Below, piece by piece: positions 1-8,396 of a DNA stretch of 32,000 nt (the first letter of the stretch is position 1; each line of letters starts with the position of its first letter). The notes beneath the pieces were generated by a model. That model ran no database searches. It had not been told where the DNA came from and saw only the letters and a program-made list of their open reading frames with translations. This DNA comes from Acaryochloris thomasi RCC1774 (lineage in GTDB: Bacteria; Cyanobacteriota; Cyanobacteriia; Thermosynechococcales; Thermosynechococcaceae): positions 90,001 to 122,000 of the forward strand of contig NZ_PQWO01000012.1 in assembly GCF_003231495.1 (NCBI RefSeq). Reading direction: 5' to 3'. A program made the position numbers and the translations under genes.

Positions 1-483
1 GATCAGCTCTATCAAGCTGAGTGGAAGCGCCTGTGCCGGGAACAGCGGCCTCTCTCTTTGCTCATGTGTGATGTTGACTATTTCAAAGCCTATAACGACG
101 CCTACGGCCATCCAGCCGGAGACCTGTGCTTACAGCAAGTCGCTCAGGTGCTGCTCAAGTCAGCCAAGCGCCCTGCTGACTGTGTGGCTCGCTATGGTGG
201 CGAAGAATTTATGGTGATCTTACCTAACACTGATGTAGCTGGTGCAGTGCATGTGGCAGGGCTTATTCAATCAGGCTTACATCAAATACATTTACACCAT
301 GCGCACTCATCAGCTAGCGATCGGGTAACGCTGAGCATCGGGGTTGCCAGTCAAGTCCCAATGTCTGGGGTGGATCCTGCTGTGCTGATTGCAGCGGCGG
401 ACCAGGCTCTATATGCGGCAAAAAATCAGGGACGGGACTGCATTCAAGCTTATCCAGACAATCCGAGCCATCCCAGTAGCTAA
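1..483 (+). CDS. GGDEF-domain diguanylate cyclase, C-terminal part (5' end outside window)
   Basis: Frame 1 is open from base 1. Translation contains DVDYFKAYNDAYGHPAGD and RYGGEEFMVILP (GG[D/E]EF active site). An RxxD I-site (RPAD) lies five residues upstream. Stop TAA at 481-483. Confidence 0.9.
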   Translation, partial: DQLYQAEWKRLCREQRPLSLLMCDVDYFKAYNDAYGHPAGDLCLQQVAQVLLKSAKRPADCVARYGGEEFMVILPNTDVAGAVHVAGLIQSGLHQIHLHHAHSSASDRVTLSIGVASQVPMSGVDPAVLIAAADQALYAAKNQGRDCIQAYPDNPSHPSS

Positions 484-580
484 ATGTGTCAATCCTTAGG
501 GTAGGTGGCTTGGGCAGACCGTCTTGATGAAGATGGCGAGAGGATCAAGGTAAGCTCAGACTCTTCCGCTGATGCTGTTG

Positions 581-607
581 ACCGAATTTTGGTGCGTTCG
601 GTTGTTT
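581..607 (+). terminator. Weak intrinsic-terminator-like hairpin downstream of the GGDEF gene
   Basis: ACCGAA (581-586) pairs with TTCGGT (597-602), 10-nt loop, followed by TGTTT. The stem is short and the T-tract runs into the stop of the convergent gene. Confidence 0.3.
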
Positions 608-1478
608 AAACCGTGTCCATCCAATCAATACAGTCCTGGAGCTGCTGTTGCATGCGTTGAGGGTCGGCAGAGTGACGACGACCGTGGCCTGGGAGTACCC
701 ACTCAAATCGGTAGTCTAGGAGGCGCTTCATCGCTTCAATTTGTTGCGGCCAGGAATACCAGCAAAAGCGATGAAAGCCGACGAGGTGGTCCAAGGTCCG
801 CGACCATGCAAGGTGATCGCCGGTAAAAAGAAAGCGATTTTGATATAGCAAAACGGTATGCCCCTTGGTGTGGCCTGGGACGGGGATGATCTGCAGGTCT
901 GGTGCCAATTTAAAAGACTCTTGGCCTTCAAGCTGGATCTCAACCTCTTGGGTCGCAGGTGTGATGTCGTCTTGGTGGAGGATGCGATCGCAACCAAATC
1001 GCTCCCGAAATTTTTCATGATCGGCCACATCATCCCGATGGGTGAGGTAGAGATAGCGTATGCCCCCCAGTGCCTCCAGGTTTTTAACCAGCGGCGGCGC
1101 AAACCGAGGAGAATCCACCAGCACGTTGCCCTCCGGTCGCTGAATGAAGTAGCTCGCCGCCCCAAAAGACTTTTCAGAATGGTAGCCGCAGTGATAGACC
1201 CCATCCTCAATCAACAGCGGAAAGCTTTGCTGCGCCTTACGGATATCCCTAGGCTTCTCCACCGTACCAATCGAAGCAGTTGGGCAAGCTAACAATGCCT
1301 GTAGACTCTCCAAACGCTCCTGCTCAGTGGCAGGCTGATGATAAACCGCCGACTGACCTGCCTCACGGCTGAAAACCTGAGGCGTCATCCAGCGACAGGT
1401 ATCGCAGTCGATGCAGGTGCTATCAACGTAAAACTCACCTGCGACATTTTCAGTTCGTCGTTCGGTTAAATGGGCCAT
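606..1478 (-). CDS. Ferredoxin-like [Fe-S] domain fused to an MBL-fold metallo-hydrolase
   Basis: N-terminal CIDCDTC...ACP cysteine pattern, then MBL-fold motifs LTHRDDVADH, PGHTKGH, FTGDH, LPGHG. The ORF-track start at 1493 is TTG. ATG at 1478 follows a GAGAGGGGA SD-like element and is preferred. Confidence 0.8.
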   Translation of the reverse strand: MAHLTERRTENVAGEFYVDSTCIDCDTCRWMTPQVFSREAGQSAVYHQPATEQERLESLQALLACPTASIGTVEKPRDIRKAQQSFPLLIEDGVYHCGYHSEKSFGAASYFIQRPEGNVLVDSPRFAPPLVKNLEALGGIRYLYLTHRDDVADHEKFRERFGCDRILHQDDITPATQEVEIQLEGQESFKLAPDLQIIPVPGHTKGHTVLLYQNRFLFTGDHLAWSRTLDHLVGFHRFCWYSWPQQIEAMKRLLDYRFEWVLPGHGRRHSADPQRMQQQLQDCIDWMDTV

Positions 1479-1850
1479 GCTTTCCCCTCTCAATCGCGGC
1501 TAACTCTAGCTTAGCGTCTGCATTCAAGCGCGAGAGGGGGCGACAAATTTACTTCCACCTCGATACCCCTTCACAAAAAAGCTGCTCCCCAGCAGAACCA
1601 ATGCCAGAGAGCATCCATAAATCAGTGGTCTTTTGTGTTCCCCAGATCACCGAATACTCCCAGCCTCCATTGCCGGGAGATATATATAATCTAACCGCGT
1701 GATTTTTCAGAACCCTGAGTAAAAATACGGATTAATTCGGTTTTTTCAAGGTTGACGATCAATCTATAGCCGTCGCCAGCTGAGTTAAGATAGCGCGGCT
1801 CCGGCACATAACTTTCAATCGCTTTGATGTCCTAATCAATATGTCGAAGG

Positions 1851-4553
1851 CTACATCAGAGGATATTGGTGTTGCACCCATTGCTCGGCTGTCGCTCGGT
1901 CCCGCAAAGTACCGTCGACCATTTCCGCCCATAGCTCCGACAGCATCTGCTTAAACTGCTGTCCCGGCTGATATCCGAGGCGAATTAAATCGGAACCATT
2001 GAGCAACGGCTTAAGTTGAGACCAGTAATTGAGATATTGCCAAATGGAGCACCGCAGTGCCAGATCACCCCGAGCCGCGAGCAAAAGAAGCAGGGCCAGA
2101 TCGATTTGCTGAAGTTGTCGAGCGATTAGGCTCGGACGTGGCTCTGCCGAGGACAGAAGTTGAGCCAGTGCCTGCTGAGTGGTGGCTAACGTTTTGAGTC
2201 TTTGTTGAGAGGACTCTGAAAGGTGCAGGGTAATCGCCACTGGGTGTGCCAATTCTGGAGGTAGCTCCAATAATAAGTGCTCTAGAATCAAGAGCCACTG
2301 CGGGATAGCTTTGGCCTCTGGGTCAAAGCTATGGTGCCAGCGGAGGACAATGCGGCTTTGTTTCCACCAGTTTTGCCCAAGGTTCAACTGGGGATGCAGG
2401 CACTGGAGCGCATCCAAGTTTTCTAAAAGCTTGAGAGCAGTGGGCCAATAGTCCGTCTTGAAAATGTATTTAAGTTCGTTGCGAAGGCGGGCCTGCAGGG
2501 CCGGTGTTTTCTGGTTTTCTCCCTGGGTCTGTTGGTAGATGCCACTTGAGATCGCATTTCTAACATACCGCTCTGTCTGTCCCTCAATCTCAAACCCCAA
2601 ACGTGTAGCGAACCTTACCGCCCTAAAGATCCGGGTCGGATCTTCAATAAAGCTATTCGGGTGCAAAACCCGCACCTGACGCTGCTGTAAATCTTCTAAA
2701 CCGCCAAAGAAATCAAGCAGCTCTCCACCCTGTCGCTGCCTCTGGCGATGGGGCGTCAGCCGCACTGCTAAAGCATTAATTGTAAAGTCCCGCCGATAAA
2801 GGTCTTGGCGAATCGAGCTAGCCGTGACCTCAGGATTCGCTGCCGGATAGGGATAAAACTCACTGCGGGCCGTAGCAATATCAACTGCAAACGTGCCTAA
2901 AACCGGATCTTGATTCCAAAGCAGCGCCGCCGTCTGAAACTGACCAAAAATCTGGAGCTGGGCCTCAGGATGTCGCTGCTGAACAAGCTGAGCCAACGCC
3001 GCTCCTTCGCTCTCGCCCGTATGCACCCCGTCCACCACCAGATCAAACTCCTGTAGCTTGGGAGGCTGCTCCGCTAGCAGCAGATCCCGCACCGCCCCAC
3101 CCACGAGGTAGAGCTGCCATCCCTGCTGTTCTGCTAATTGTGCAACCTCAGTTAAAACAGCCTGCAGCGGCTGCGGCAAAAGGGTCTGTAGCCGATCCTG
3201 CATAGAAGTTCGCACCACTGTCTGCTGAGACTGCAGCTCTGGCTGCTTGAGCTGATGAAGCTGACGGAGCATATCTGTGCGAGTGACAATGCCCACTAGC
3301 TGATTTTTGTCTAAAACCGGTAAACGCCCAATATCGTAGGTCACCATCAATCGCTCAATTTCAGGCAGAGGCGTATTTAAACAAATGGTTCGCACCGGAG
3401 CCTTCATATAGCCCTTCGTGGGTGCATGGCCGAAGCCGTGGTGCAGCGCTAGATCAAGATCTCGGCGCGAAATAATTCCCACGAGCTGCTCTTGGTCATC
3501 AAGGACAGACAGACCCGAGTGACCGTAGCGGAGCAAAATGCGACGAGCCTGATTGATTGTCGTGTGGGGGCGAATTGTGCGGACCGGCGACGACATCAGA
3601 TCCGCCGCCGTCAGAGGCTGCGGAATCTGCGCCACCAAGTCTGACAAAAGTTCGTCGATCACGACCTGAGGCTGGTCCGTTTTCAGCGTTGCCGCTGCTG
3701 CCCGTGGATGCCCGCCGCCCCCCAAAGGATGCAGCAACTGGTGCAGGTTAATTCCCTCCACTCGGCAGCGGCCAATCAGGTTCAGGCGGTTTTGGGCCGA
3801 TTTTCGCGTTTGGTAGGCATTCCCGAGCATGAGACTATCACTCTCGCTCAGCGTCATCAACTGAGAGGCAAGACTAGAGAGACCCGGAACATAGTTCGCG
3901 GTGTGCAGCAGCACCCAAGCAATCTGATAGCCGTGAACGTTACGCGTCTGCATCCGGTGCAGCGCTTGCCCCAAAAGCTCCTGGAGTTCTGCCGAGAATC
4001 GAGGATCGGTATAGGTTGCGATCGCCTGCTGATTTGCTCCCTGGGTCATCAGCCAAGCAAGGGCTACCGCATCTCTAGGGGTTGCGCGATCATAGGTCAG
4101 CGACCCCGTATCCACATGTATGCCGAGGGCCATCACCGTTGCATCAGGAGCTGAAATTTGCACCGCCTGAGCCTGGAGCTTTTCCACTAGAATAGTTGTC
4201 GCTGCCCCCACTGGCTCCAGTTCAAGACGCTGAGCCGGAATATCGCTCTCAACTTCTAGATGGTGATCGTAAATCGTGATCGGAAGATCGGGAATCTCTA
4301 GCCACTCGCTGGCTTTATCCAGTAGCTCTCGCTGCTGGACATCGACAATGGTGAGCGATCGCAACGTCTCTGCACTCACCGATCGCCGCTCAATTAGCGG
4401 ATACTCATCGCGGTAAAGCGCCAAAAATTCCCGCACCGCCGGATGGGCACCCCCACACAGTACAATCCGAGTCCCGGGCTGTAGCCGAGCAACGCCCACT
4501 GCGGCCCCCAGCGTGTCAAAATCAGCCGTTCGATGACAAAGCACCACGTCCAT
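1851..4553 (-). CDS. DHH/DHHA1 phosphoesterase - tandem CBS - class II CCA-adding/poly(A) polymerase-family nucleotidyltransferase fusion
   Basis: 900-aa ORF with a DHH motif (IYDHHLE), a DHHA1-type GGGGH and two CBS-like repeats (...GLSVLD..., ...RLPVLD...). These are followed by the nucleotidyltransferase head LVGGAVRDLLL, DLVVDG, RRDFTINALA, RAVRFATRLGF. Confidence 0.85.
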   Translation of the reverse strand: MDVVLCHRTADFDTLGAAVGVARLQPGTRIVLCGGAHPAVREFLALYRDEYPLIERRSVSAETLRSLTIVDVQQRELLDKASEWLEIPDLPITIYDHHLEVESDIPAQRLELEPVGAATTILVEKLQAQAVQISAPDATVMALGIHVDTGSLTYDRATPRDAVALAWLMTQGANQQAIATYTDPRFSAELQELLGQALHRMQTRNVHGYQIAWVLLHTANYVPGLSSLASQLMTLSESDSLMLGNAYQTRKSAQNRLNLIGRCRVEGINLHQLLHPLGGGGHPRAAAATLKTDQPQVVIDELLSDLVAQIPQPLTAADLMSSPVRTIRPHTTINQARRILLRYGHSGLSVLDDQEQLVGIISRRDLDLALHHGFGHAPTKGYMKAPVRTICLNTPLPEIERLMVTYDIGRLPVLDKNQLVGIVTRTDMLRQLHQLKQPELQSQQTVVRTSMQDRLQTLLPQPLQAVLTEVAQLAEQQGWQLYLVGGAVRDLLLAEQPPKLQEFDLVVDGVHTGESEGAALAQLVQQRHPEAQLQIFGQFQTAALLWNQDPVLGTFAVDIATARSEFYPYPAANPEVTASSIRQDLYRRDFTINALAVRLTPHRQRQRQGGELLDFFGGLEDLQQRQVRVLHPNSFIEDPTRIFRAVRFATRLGFEIEGQTERYVRNAISSGIYQQTQGENQKTPALQARLRNELKYIFKTDYWPTALKLLENLDALQCLHPQLNLGQNWWKQSRIVLRWHHSFDPEAKAIPQWLLILEHLLLELPPELAHPVAITLHLSESSQQRLKTLATTQQALAQLLSSAEPRPSLIARQLQQIDLALLLLLAARGDLALRCSIWQYLNYWSQLKPLLNGSDLIRLGYQPGQQFKQMLSELWAEMVDGTLRDRATAEQWVQHQYPLM

Positions 4554-4697
4554 TAGGCGTACTCCAACGTCCTTCTATCGAGGGGCGAACCCTTTTGAGG
4601 TATGATCAGTTTCGAGTAATCTGCAGGCACACTCAGTCGCCTCACTTAGCTTTTTTTCTATTTAAATCGTCTTTTACCGCTTGATTGGGAGAGAACC

Positions 4698-4886
4698 ATG
4701 ACAATAGCCTTTCAATTTCTGCTCTACTTCTTCGTGTTTGTCAGCTCCGTAATGGCTGTGGGTGTGCCCGTAGTTTACGCCACTGTTGACGATTCAGCTC
4801 AGGTAAGAAGATTTGTTGGAGTTAGCTCTACTACTTGGTTTGTCCTACTAATTCTCGTCACAGTCACAACTTTTTTTGTGGTGTAG
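4698..4886 (+). CDS. psbZ: Photosystem II protein PsbZ (Ycf9)
   Basis: 62 aa with two hydrophobic helices. MTIAFQ...VGVPVVYA...FFVV is collinear with the PsbZ sequences I recall, which are also 62 aa. GGGAGAG SD lies upstream of the ATG. Confidence 0.9.
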   Translation: MTIAFQFLLYFFVFVSSVMAVGVPVVYATVDDSAQVRRFVGVSSTTWFVLLILVTVTTFFVV

Positions 4887-4905
4887 CAGAACTACATTCT
4901 GACTT

Positions 4906-4960
4906 ACACCCCATCTGGAAGCGACAGATTGCTTTCGTTAAGATGGGGTGTCTTTGTTTC
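4906..4960 (+). terminator. Rho-independent terminator after psbZ
   Basis: Perfect 11-bp stem: ACACCCCATCT (4906-4916) pairs with AGATGGGGTGT (4941-4951). The 24-nt loop has further internal pairing. CTTTGTTTCT follows the stem. Confidence 0.6.
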
Positions 4961-4985
4961 TAATACCCCTTAGGCTTAACGCTCA

Positions 4986-5567
4986 ATGGCAACTTTTGAG
5001 GGAAATTTTACTCAAACATCTGGTTTACGGTTTGCGATCGTCATTGGTCGCTTCAACGATCTGGTCACTAGCAAAATCCTGGCCGGTTGTCAGGATGGTC
5101 TGCAGCGCCACGGTGTTGATGTCGGCCCAGACAGTCCACAGGTTGACTATATCTGGGTCCCGGGTTGTTTTGAGATCCCGCTTGTTTCGCGCCAGCTGGT
5201 TTTGTCTCAGCGATATGATGCGGTGATTTGCCTAGGGGCCGTCATTCGCGGTCAAACCCCGCACTTTGACTATGTTGCCGGGGAAGTTGCCAAAGGCGTT
5301 GCCGCCACGGGCCTCCAAACGGGGGTGCCGGTTATTTTTGGCATTCTCACCGTAGACAGCATGCAGCAGGCCCTAGAACGCGCCGGTATTAAGAGCAACA
5401 AGGGCTGGGAATTTGCCATGAATGCACTGGAGATGGCAAGCCTGATGCAGAGCATTAAACAAGGTATGCAGCCCGCCGCCTTTGATTCTAGAGGAGGCGC
5501 GCTGCCCGCCGCTCAAAATACGATTGCGGCTCAGTCTACCGTGACGGATCCAGCAGAATCACTGTGA
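4986..5567 (+). CDS. ribH: 6,7-dimethyl-8-ribityllumazine synthase
   Basis: MATFEGNF...[19 protein letters not shown]...PGCFEIPL...[19 protein letters not shown]...VIFGILT are typical RibH blocks. It carries an unusual low-complexity C-terminal tail of about 35 aa. Confidence 0.9.
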   Translation: MATFEGNFTQTSGLRFAIVIGRFNDLVTSKILAGCQDGLQRHGVDVGPDSPQVDYIWVPGCFEIPLVSRQLVLSQRYDAVICLGAVIRGQTPHFDYVAGEVAKGVAATGLQTGVPVIFGILTVDSMQQALERAGIKSNKGWEFAMNALEMASLMQSIKQGMQPAAFDSRGGALPAAQNTIAAQSTVTDPAESL

Positions 5568-5620
5568 TAAATATTGACAGAAATCAGCTTTGTCTGCGAA
5601 GCTTGTAGAACGCTAATTTT

Positions 5621-5692
5621 GCGGGTATAGCTCAGTGGTAGAGCGTCACCTTGCCAAGGTGAATGTCGCGCGTTCGAATCGCGTTACCCGCT
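5621..5692 (+). tRNA. trnG: tRNA-Gly (anticodon GCC)
   Basis: Acceptor stem GCGGGTA/TACCCGC. Anticodon stem TCACC/GGTGA with loop TTGCCAA (anticodon GCC). GTTCGAATC T-loop. No encoded CCA. Confidence 0.9.
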
Positions 5693-5953
5693 TCGCATCA
5701 TCTAACCGAGAAAAGTTCTCTCTGCTCGGAGAGGTTAACTTTTAGGCTGCGTCTCTCTAAGTTTGGGTGAACAGAAAAAAGTGTAAGGTGCCTGTATTAC
5801 TAGAACTATCGGTGGCTTCAATACGATCGTTCTTGAAAGATTTGTTGATGGATGGCCCAAGAGACTGTGGTCCTGATCACAAAGTGATTGAGGTTAGAAT
5901 TATCAATAACGAACGTGAGCCATAGGGTTGACTGACAAGGTTGACTGAACGCT

Positions 5954-6445
5954 ATGACCTTTACGGTGGGTGGGTCAGGTGCGATATTTCTCCCGCCGCG
6001 CCAGCTGCTGCATGAGCTCTGCTCTCCTATGCCTCAGATGAAAGCAGACCGAATTGATACAGGGATGCACTATCCTTGTCCCTGCTGTCGCCGCGGGCAG
6101 CTCTATCTCATTACCTTGACGGAAGCTCTAGGCTGCCGAAAGTGCCAGAAAATTTTTGTCATTCAGCCAGATGGATGTACGATTGAGCACCTCTCAACCT
6201 ATCCCGTAGGTCAGGTTTGGCGGTGGGATGGTCGAGACTGGCGTCCGGTACGCCAACATTGGCCAGGACGCTCCGTTCTTTTAATCAGCCTAGGGGTTTC
6301 TGCGGTCCTGCTATTGATCGGCATTTTGCTGACGTCACAGATTAATTTCAGAAGCGAGATGCTACTATGGTGGACTGTCATGGCTATTGTTGTGGGCATG
6401 TTATGTGCAGGAGTACTGCTGTTCTTACGATCTCGCCGTTACTAA
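5954..6445 (+). CDS. Hypothetical zinc-ribbon membrane protein (start uncertain)
   Basis: CPCC...CRKC cysteine pairs followed by two hydrophobic helices. The ATG at 5954 sits directly after a tandem TTGACT-containing repeat, so internal ATGs at 6029 or 6038 are plausible true starts. Confidence 0.55.
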   Translation: MTFTVGGSGAIFLPPRQLLHELCSPMPQMKADRIDTGMHYPCPCCRRGQLYLITLTEALGCRKCQKIFVIQPDGCTIEHLSTYPVGQVWRWDGRDWRPVRQHWPGRSVLLISLGVSAVLLLIGILLTSQINFRSEMLLWWTVMAIVVGMLCAGVLLFLRSRRY

Positions 6446-6456
6446 TGTCTTAATTT

Positions 6457-7707
6457 ATGGATGCCTCCTCCACTGCTGATCCTGCAACCACACTGCATCA
6501 GATTCGCCGAGCGGCAACAACGTTAGGTAAAGCCGATAGCCAAACGCGCAACCAGGCCATTCAGAGATTGGCAGAGGCGCTGCGTGAGCATCAGAATGAG
6601 CTTCTAGAGGCTAACACCCTTGATTTAGAAATGAGCCGTGAGCTGGCCGTACCAAGCATTGTCCTCAACTGGCTGAAGCTGACGCCTGAACGTCTCAGTC
6701 GCGTGGGGGCTATCTTAGATCAGCTTGTGCATCTACCTGATCCACTCGTCAGTCGCCCAACTGTGCTGCCTGCTGCCCAGGGATATGCACGGGCCACGCC
6801 TCTGGGGATTGTCGGATTTGTCTATGAGGCTTTCCCTGAGCTACCGCTGCTGCTGGCGGCGATGTGTTGGAAAACAGGCAATGGGTTGCTGCTCCAGGGA
6901 GATATGGCAAGTCGCAATTCCAACCAGTTTGTGGTGGAATTGCTGCAGCAAATTTTGAGTCAGACAAAGCTGCCAGAGGCTTGTGTACAGGTCTCTAGCA
7001 GCGACCTCAATCAAGGAATGCAGAATTTAGCTGCGGTGGATTTGGTTATTCCCTATGGTCGTCCCCGTTTTATTCAGCAGATCCATCAGCAAGCAAAGGT
7101 GCCGACCCTCTGCCCCACCATTGGCAATTGCTATCTCTACTGGTCTGAGTCCTGCAACAGCGAACAGGCAAGATGTCTAATTCTCGATAGTCATATCGGC
7201 TGCCCAGAGGCGATCAATGCCATTGAGAAGGTCTTAATTCCTCCTTCCCTTAAAACTTCGCGGTTGACGCTGCTGTGGGGGGCTCTCAAAGAACAGGGCT
7301 TTGAACTTCGGGGCGATGCTGAAATGGTGGCGGAGTTCCCCGATCTGACGTTGGCGACCAAAGAGGAATGGCATCAGCCCTATCTGCAGAAAACGGTGGC
7401 TTTTCGACGCGTTGCCGATCTCGATCATGCAGTGCAGTGGATCAATCTCCACAGTCATGGTCAGGCAGACTGTCTGGCCACTGAATCCTATGCCGAAAGT
7501 CGACAGTTTGCGCTCAGTATCCAAAGTGCGACCACCTATATCAATGCTTCGCCTCGCTTTTCGCGCCAGTGTGGGGGACCACAGGGCACCGTCGCCTTTG
7601 GGACCTGTAGTCGCCGAAGTTTGTATCCGGGCGTGATCAGTCTGCAAACGCTGCTGGCGACCAAACAAATCATTCAGGGCGATGGCGGTGTGGGAACCTC
7701 GCCGTGA
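6457..7707 (+). CDS. Gamma-glutamyl phosphate reductase (ProA)-like aldehyde dehydrogenase-family protein, divergent
   Basis: 416 aa, collinear with ProA (TPLGIVGFVYEA..., ...WKTGNGLLLQG, YINASPRFS). Several ProA signature residues, including the expected nucleophile Cys, appear substituted (see findings). Confidence 0.75.
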   Translation: MDASSTADPATTLHQIRRAATTLGKADSQTRNQAIQRLAEALREHQNELLEANTLDLEMSRELAVPSIVLNWLKLTPERLSRVGAILDQLVHLPDPLVSRPTVLPAAQGYARATPLGIVGFVYEAFPELPLLLAAMCWKTGNGLLLQGDMASRNSNQFVVELLQQILSQTKLPEACVQVSSSDLNQGMQNLAAVDLVIPYGRPRFIQQIHQQAKVPTLCPTIGNCYLYWSESCNSEQARCLILDSHIGCPEAINAIEKVLIPPSLKTSRLTLLWGALKEQGFELRGDAEMVAEFPDLTLATKEEWHQPYLQKTVAFRRVADLDHAVQWINLHSHGQADCLATESYAESRQFALSIQSATTYINASPRFSRQCGGPQGTVAFGTCSRRSLYPGVISLQTLLATKQIIQGDGGVGTSP

Positions 7708-8168
7708 GCTTTTCTTATCAGGATCACTGTCGGTGGATGGAAAAAGCAATCGCAGTGGCAACGAAAGCAGGCGAAGCGGGTGAAGTCCCGGTCGGTGCCG
7801 TTGTTGTTGATGGTCAAGGGGAATGTGTTGCGATCGCATCCAATCGGCGACAGCGGGACTGTGACCCTACCGCCCATGCAGAAGTATTAGCGCTCCGTCA
7901 TGTCGGGCACAAACTGCAGACTTGGCACTTGAATCAATGTACGTTGTATGTCACCCTCGAACCCTGTCCTATGTGTGCTGGCGCGCTCCTACAGGCCCGA
8001 CTCGGTTTAGTGGTCTATGGTGCTGACGATCCGAAAACGGGAGCGTTACGGACAGCACTTAACCTACCAGACGGCCCAGGGTCAACCCATCGATTGTCAG
8101 TTCTCGGCGGCATTTTAGAATCAACCTGCCGCCAGCAACTGCAGGACTGGTTTACCCATCGACGCTGA
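7704..8168 (+). CDS. tadA: tRNA adenosine(34) deaminase
   Basis: HAEVLALR and LEPCPMCAGAL zinc-binding deaminase motifs. GTG at 7704 overlaps the upstream stop (GTGA). An alternative ATG lies at 7737. Confidence 0.85.
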   Translation: MSFSYQDHCRWMEKAIAVATKAGEAGEVPVGAVVVDGQGECVAIASNRRQRDCDPTAHAEVLALRHVGHKLQTWHLNQCTLYVTLEPCPMCAGALLQARLGLVVYGADDPKTGALRTALNLPDGPGSTHRLSVLGGILESTCRQQLQDWFTHRR

Positions 8169-8202
8169 GTTAATACGATAAGTATCTTTAGAAGCCGCAT
8201 CC

Positions 8203-8379
8203 CTAAGGGACAGAAGAGGGGCTGTCGTTGGCCCCTGGGATAATCAAATCTGGCTGTTCTTCAAGCTGTTCTAGACTTAGGTTGACCGCAACAGAAAGCA
8301 GCCCTCCAAACAAGATTGCTAAAAATAGACAGCCAAAGGTGGCTATTAGCAACTGTCGCTTCCAAGATGCCATAACCAT
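8203..8379 (-). CDS. Small (58 aa) single-pass membrane protein, hypothetical
   Basis: ATG at 8379 is preceded by GGGAAG six nt upstream and lies 18 nt after the GT2 stop. MVMASWKRQLLIATFGCLFLAILFGGLLSVAV is a clear TM helix. The longer 103-aa ORF-track version overlaps the GT2 gene and is less likely. Confidence 0.45.
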   Translation of the reverse strand: MVMASWKRQLLIATFGCLFLAILFGGLLSVAVNLSLEQLEEQPDLIIPGANDSPSSVP

Positions 8380-8396
8380 CAACGACTTCCCAACAC

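Noticed and set aside
572-826. 84-aa plus-strand ORF
   Set aside because: It starts in the spacer and runs antisense into the MBL gene. It has no SD and no motifs.
728-1292. ORFs 728-1210 (minus) and 858-1292 (plus) of 144-160 aa
   Set aside because: They lie wholly inside the 295-aa ferredoxin-MBL gene in other frames. Their translations are R/W/L-rich and carry no motifs. They are shadow ORFs of a GC-rich coding region.
1575-1600. Possible minus-strand terminator (CTGCT-GGGG-AGCAG followed by CTTTTTT) suggesting a small RNA between the two minus-strand genes
   Set aside because: The stem is only 5 bp. It lies 250 nt or more from the upstream stop and nothing else supports it. It may be real but is too weak to call.
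3557-4154. Plus-strand ORFs (64 and 148 aa) opposite the 900-aa nucleotidyltransferase gene
   Set aside because: They are antisense to a gene with continuous domain motifs. They have low-complexity, Arg/Pro-rich translations and no SD.
4887-4985. Possible FMN riboswitch upstream of ribH (also checked upstream of ribE, 22329-22400)
   Set aside because: The ribH spacer is only 99 nt and is occupied by the psbZ terminator. Neither leader shows the conserved FMN-aptamer blocks. A covariance-model scan would be needed to exclude one formally.
7234-7877. Minus-strand ORFs of 201 and 67 aa across the proA-like/tadA junction
   Set aside because: They are antisense to two motif-supported genes. The translation is R/S/L-rich and featureless.
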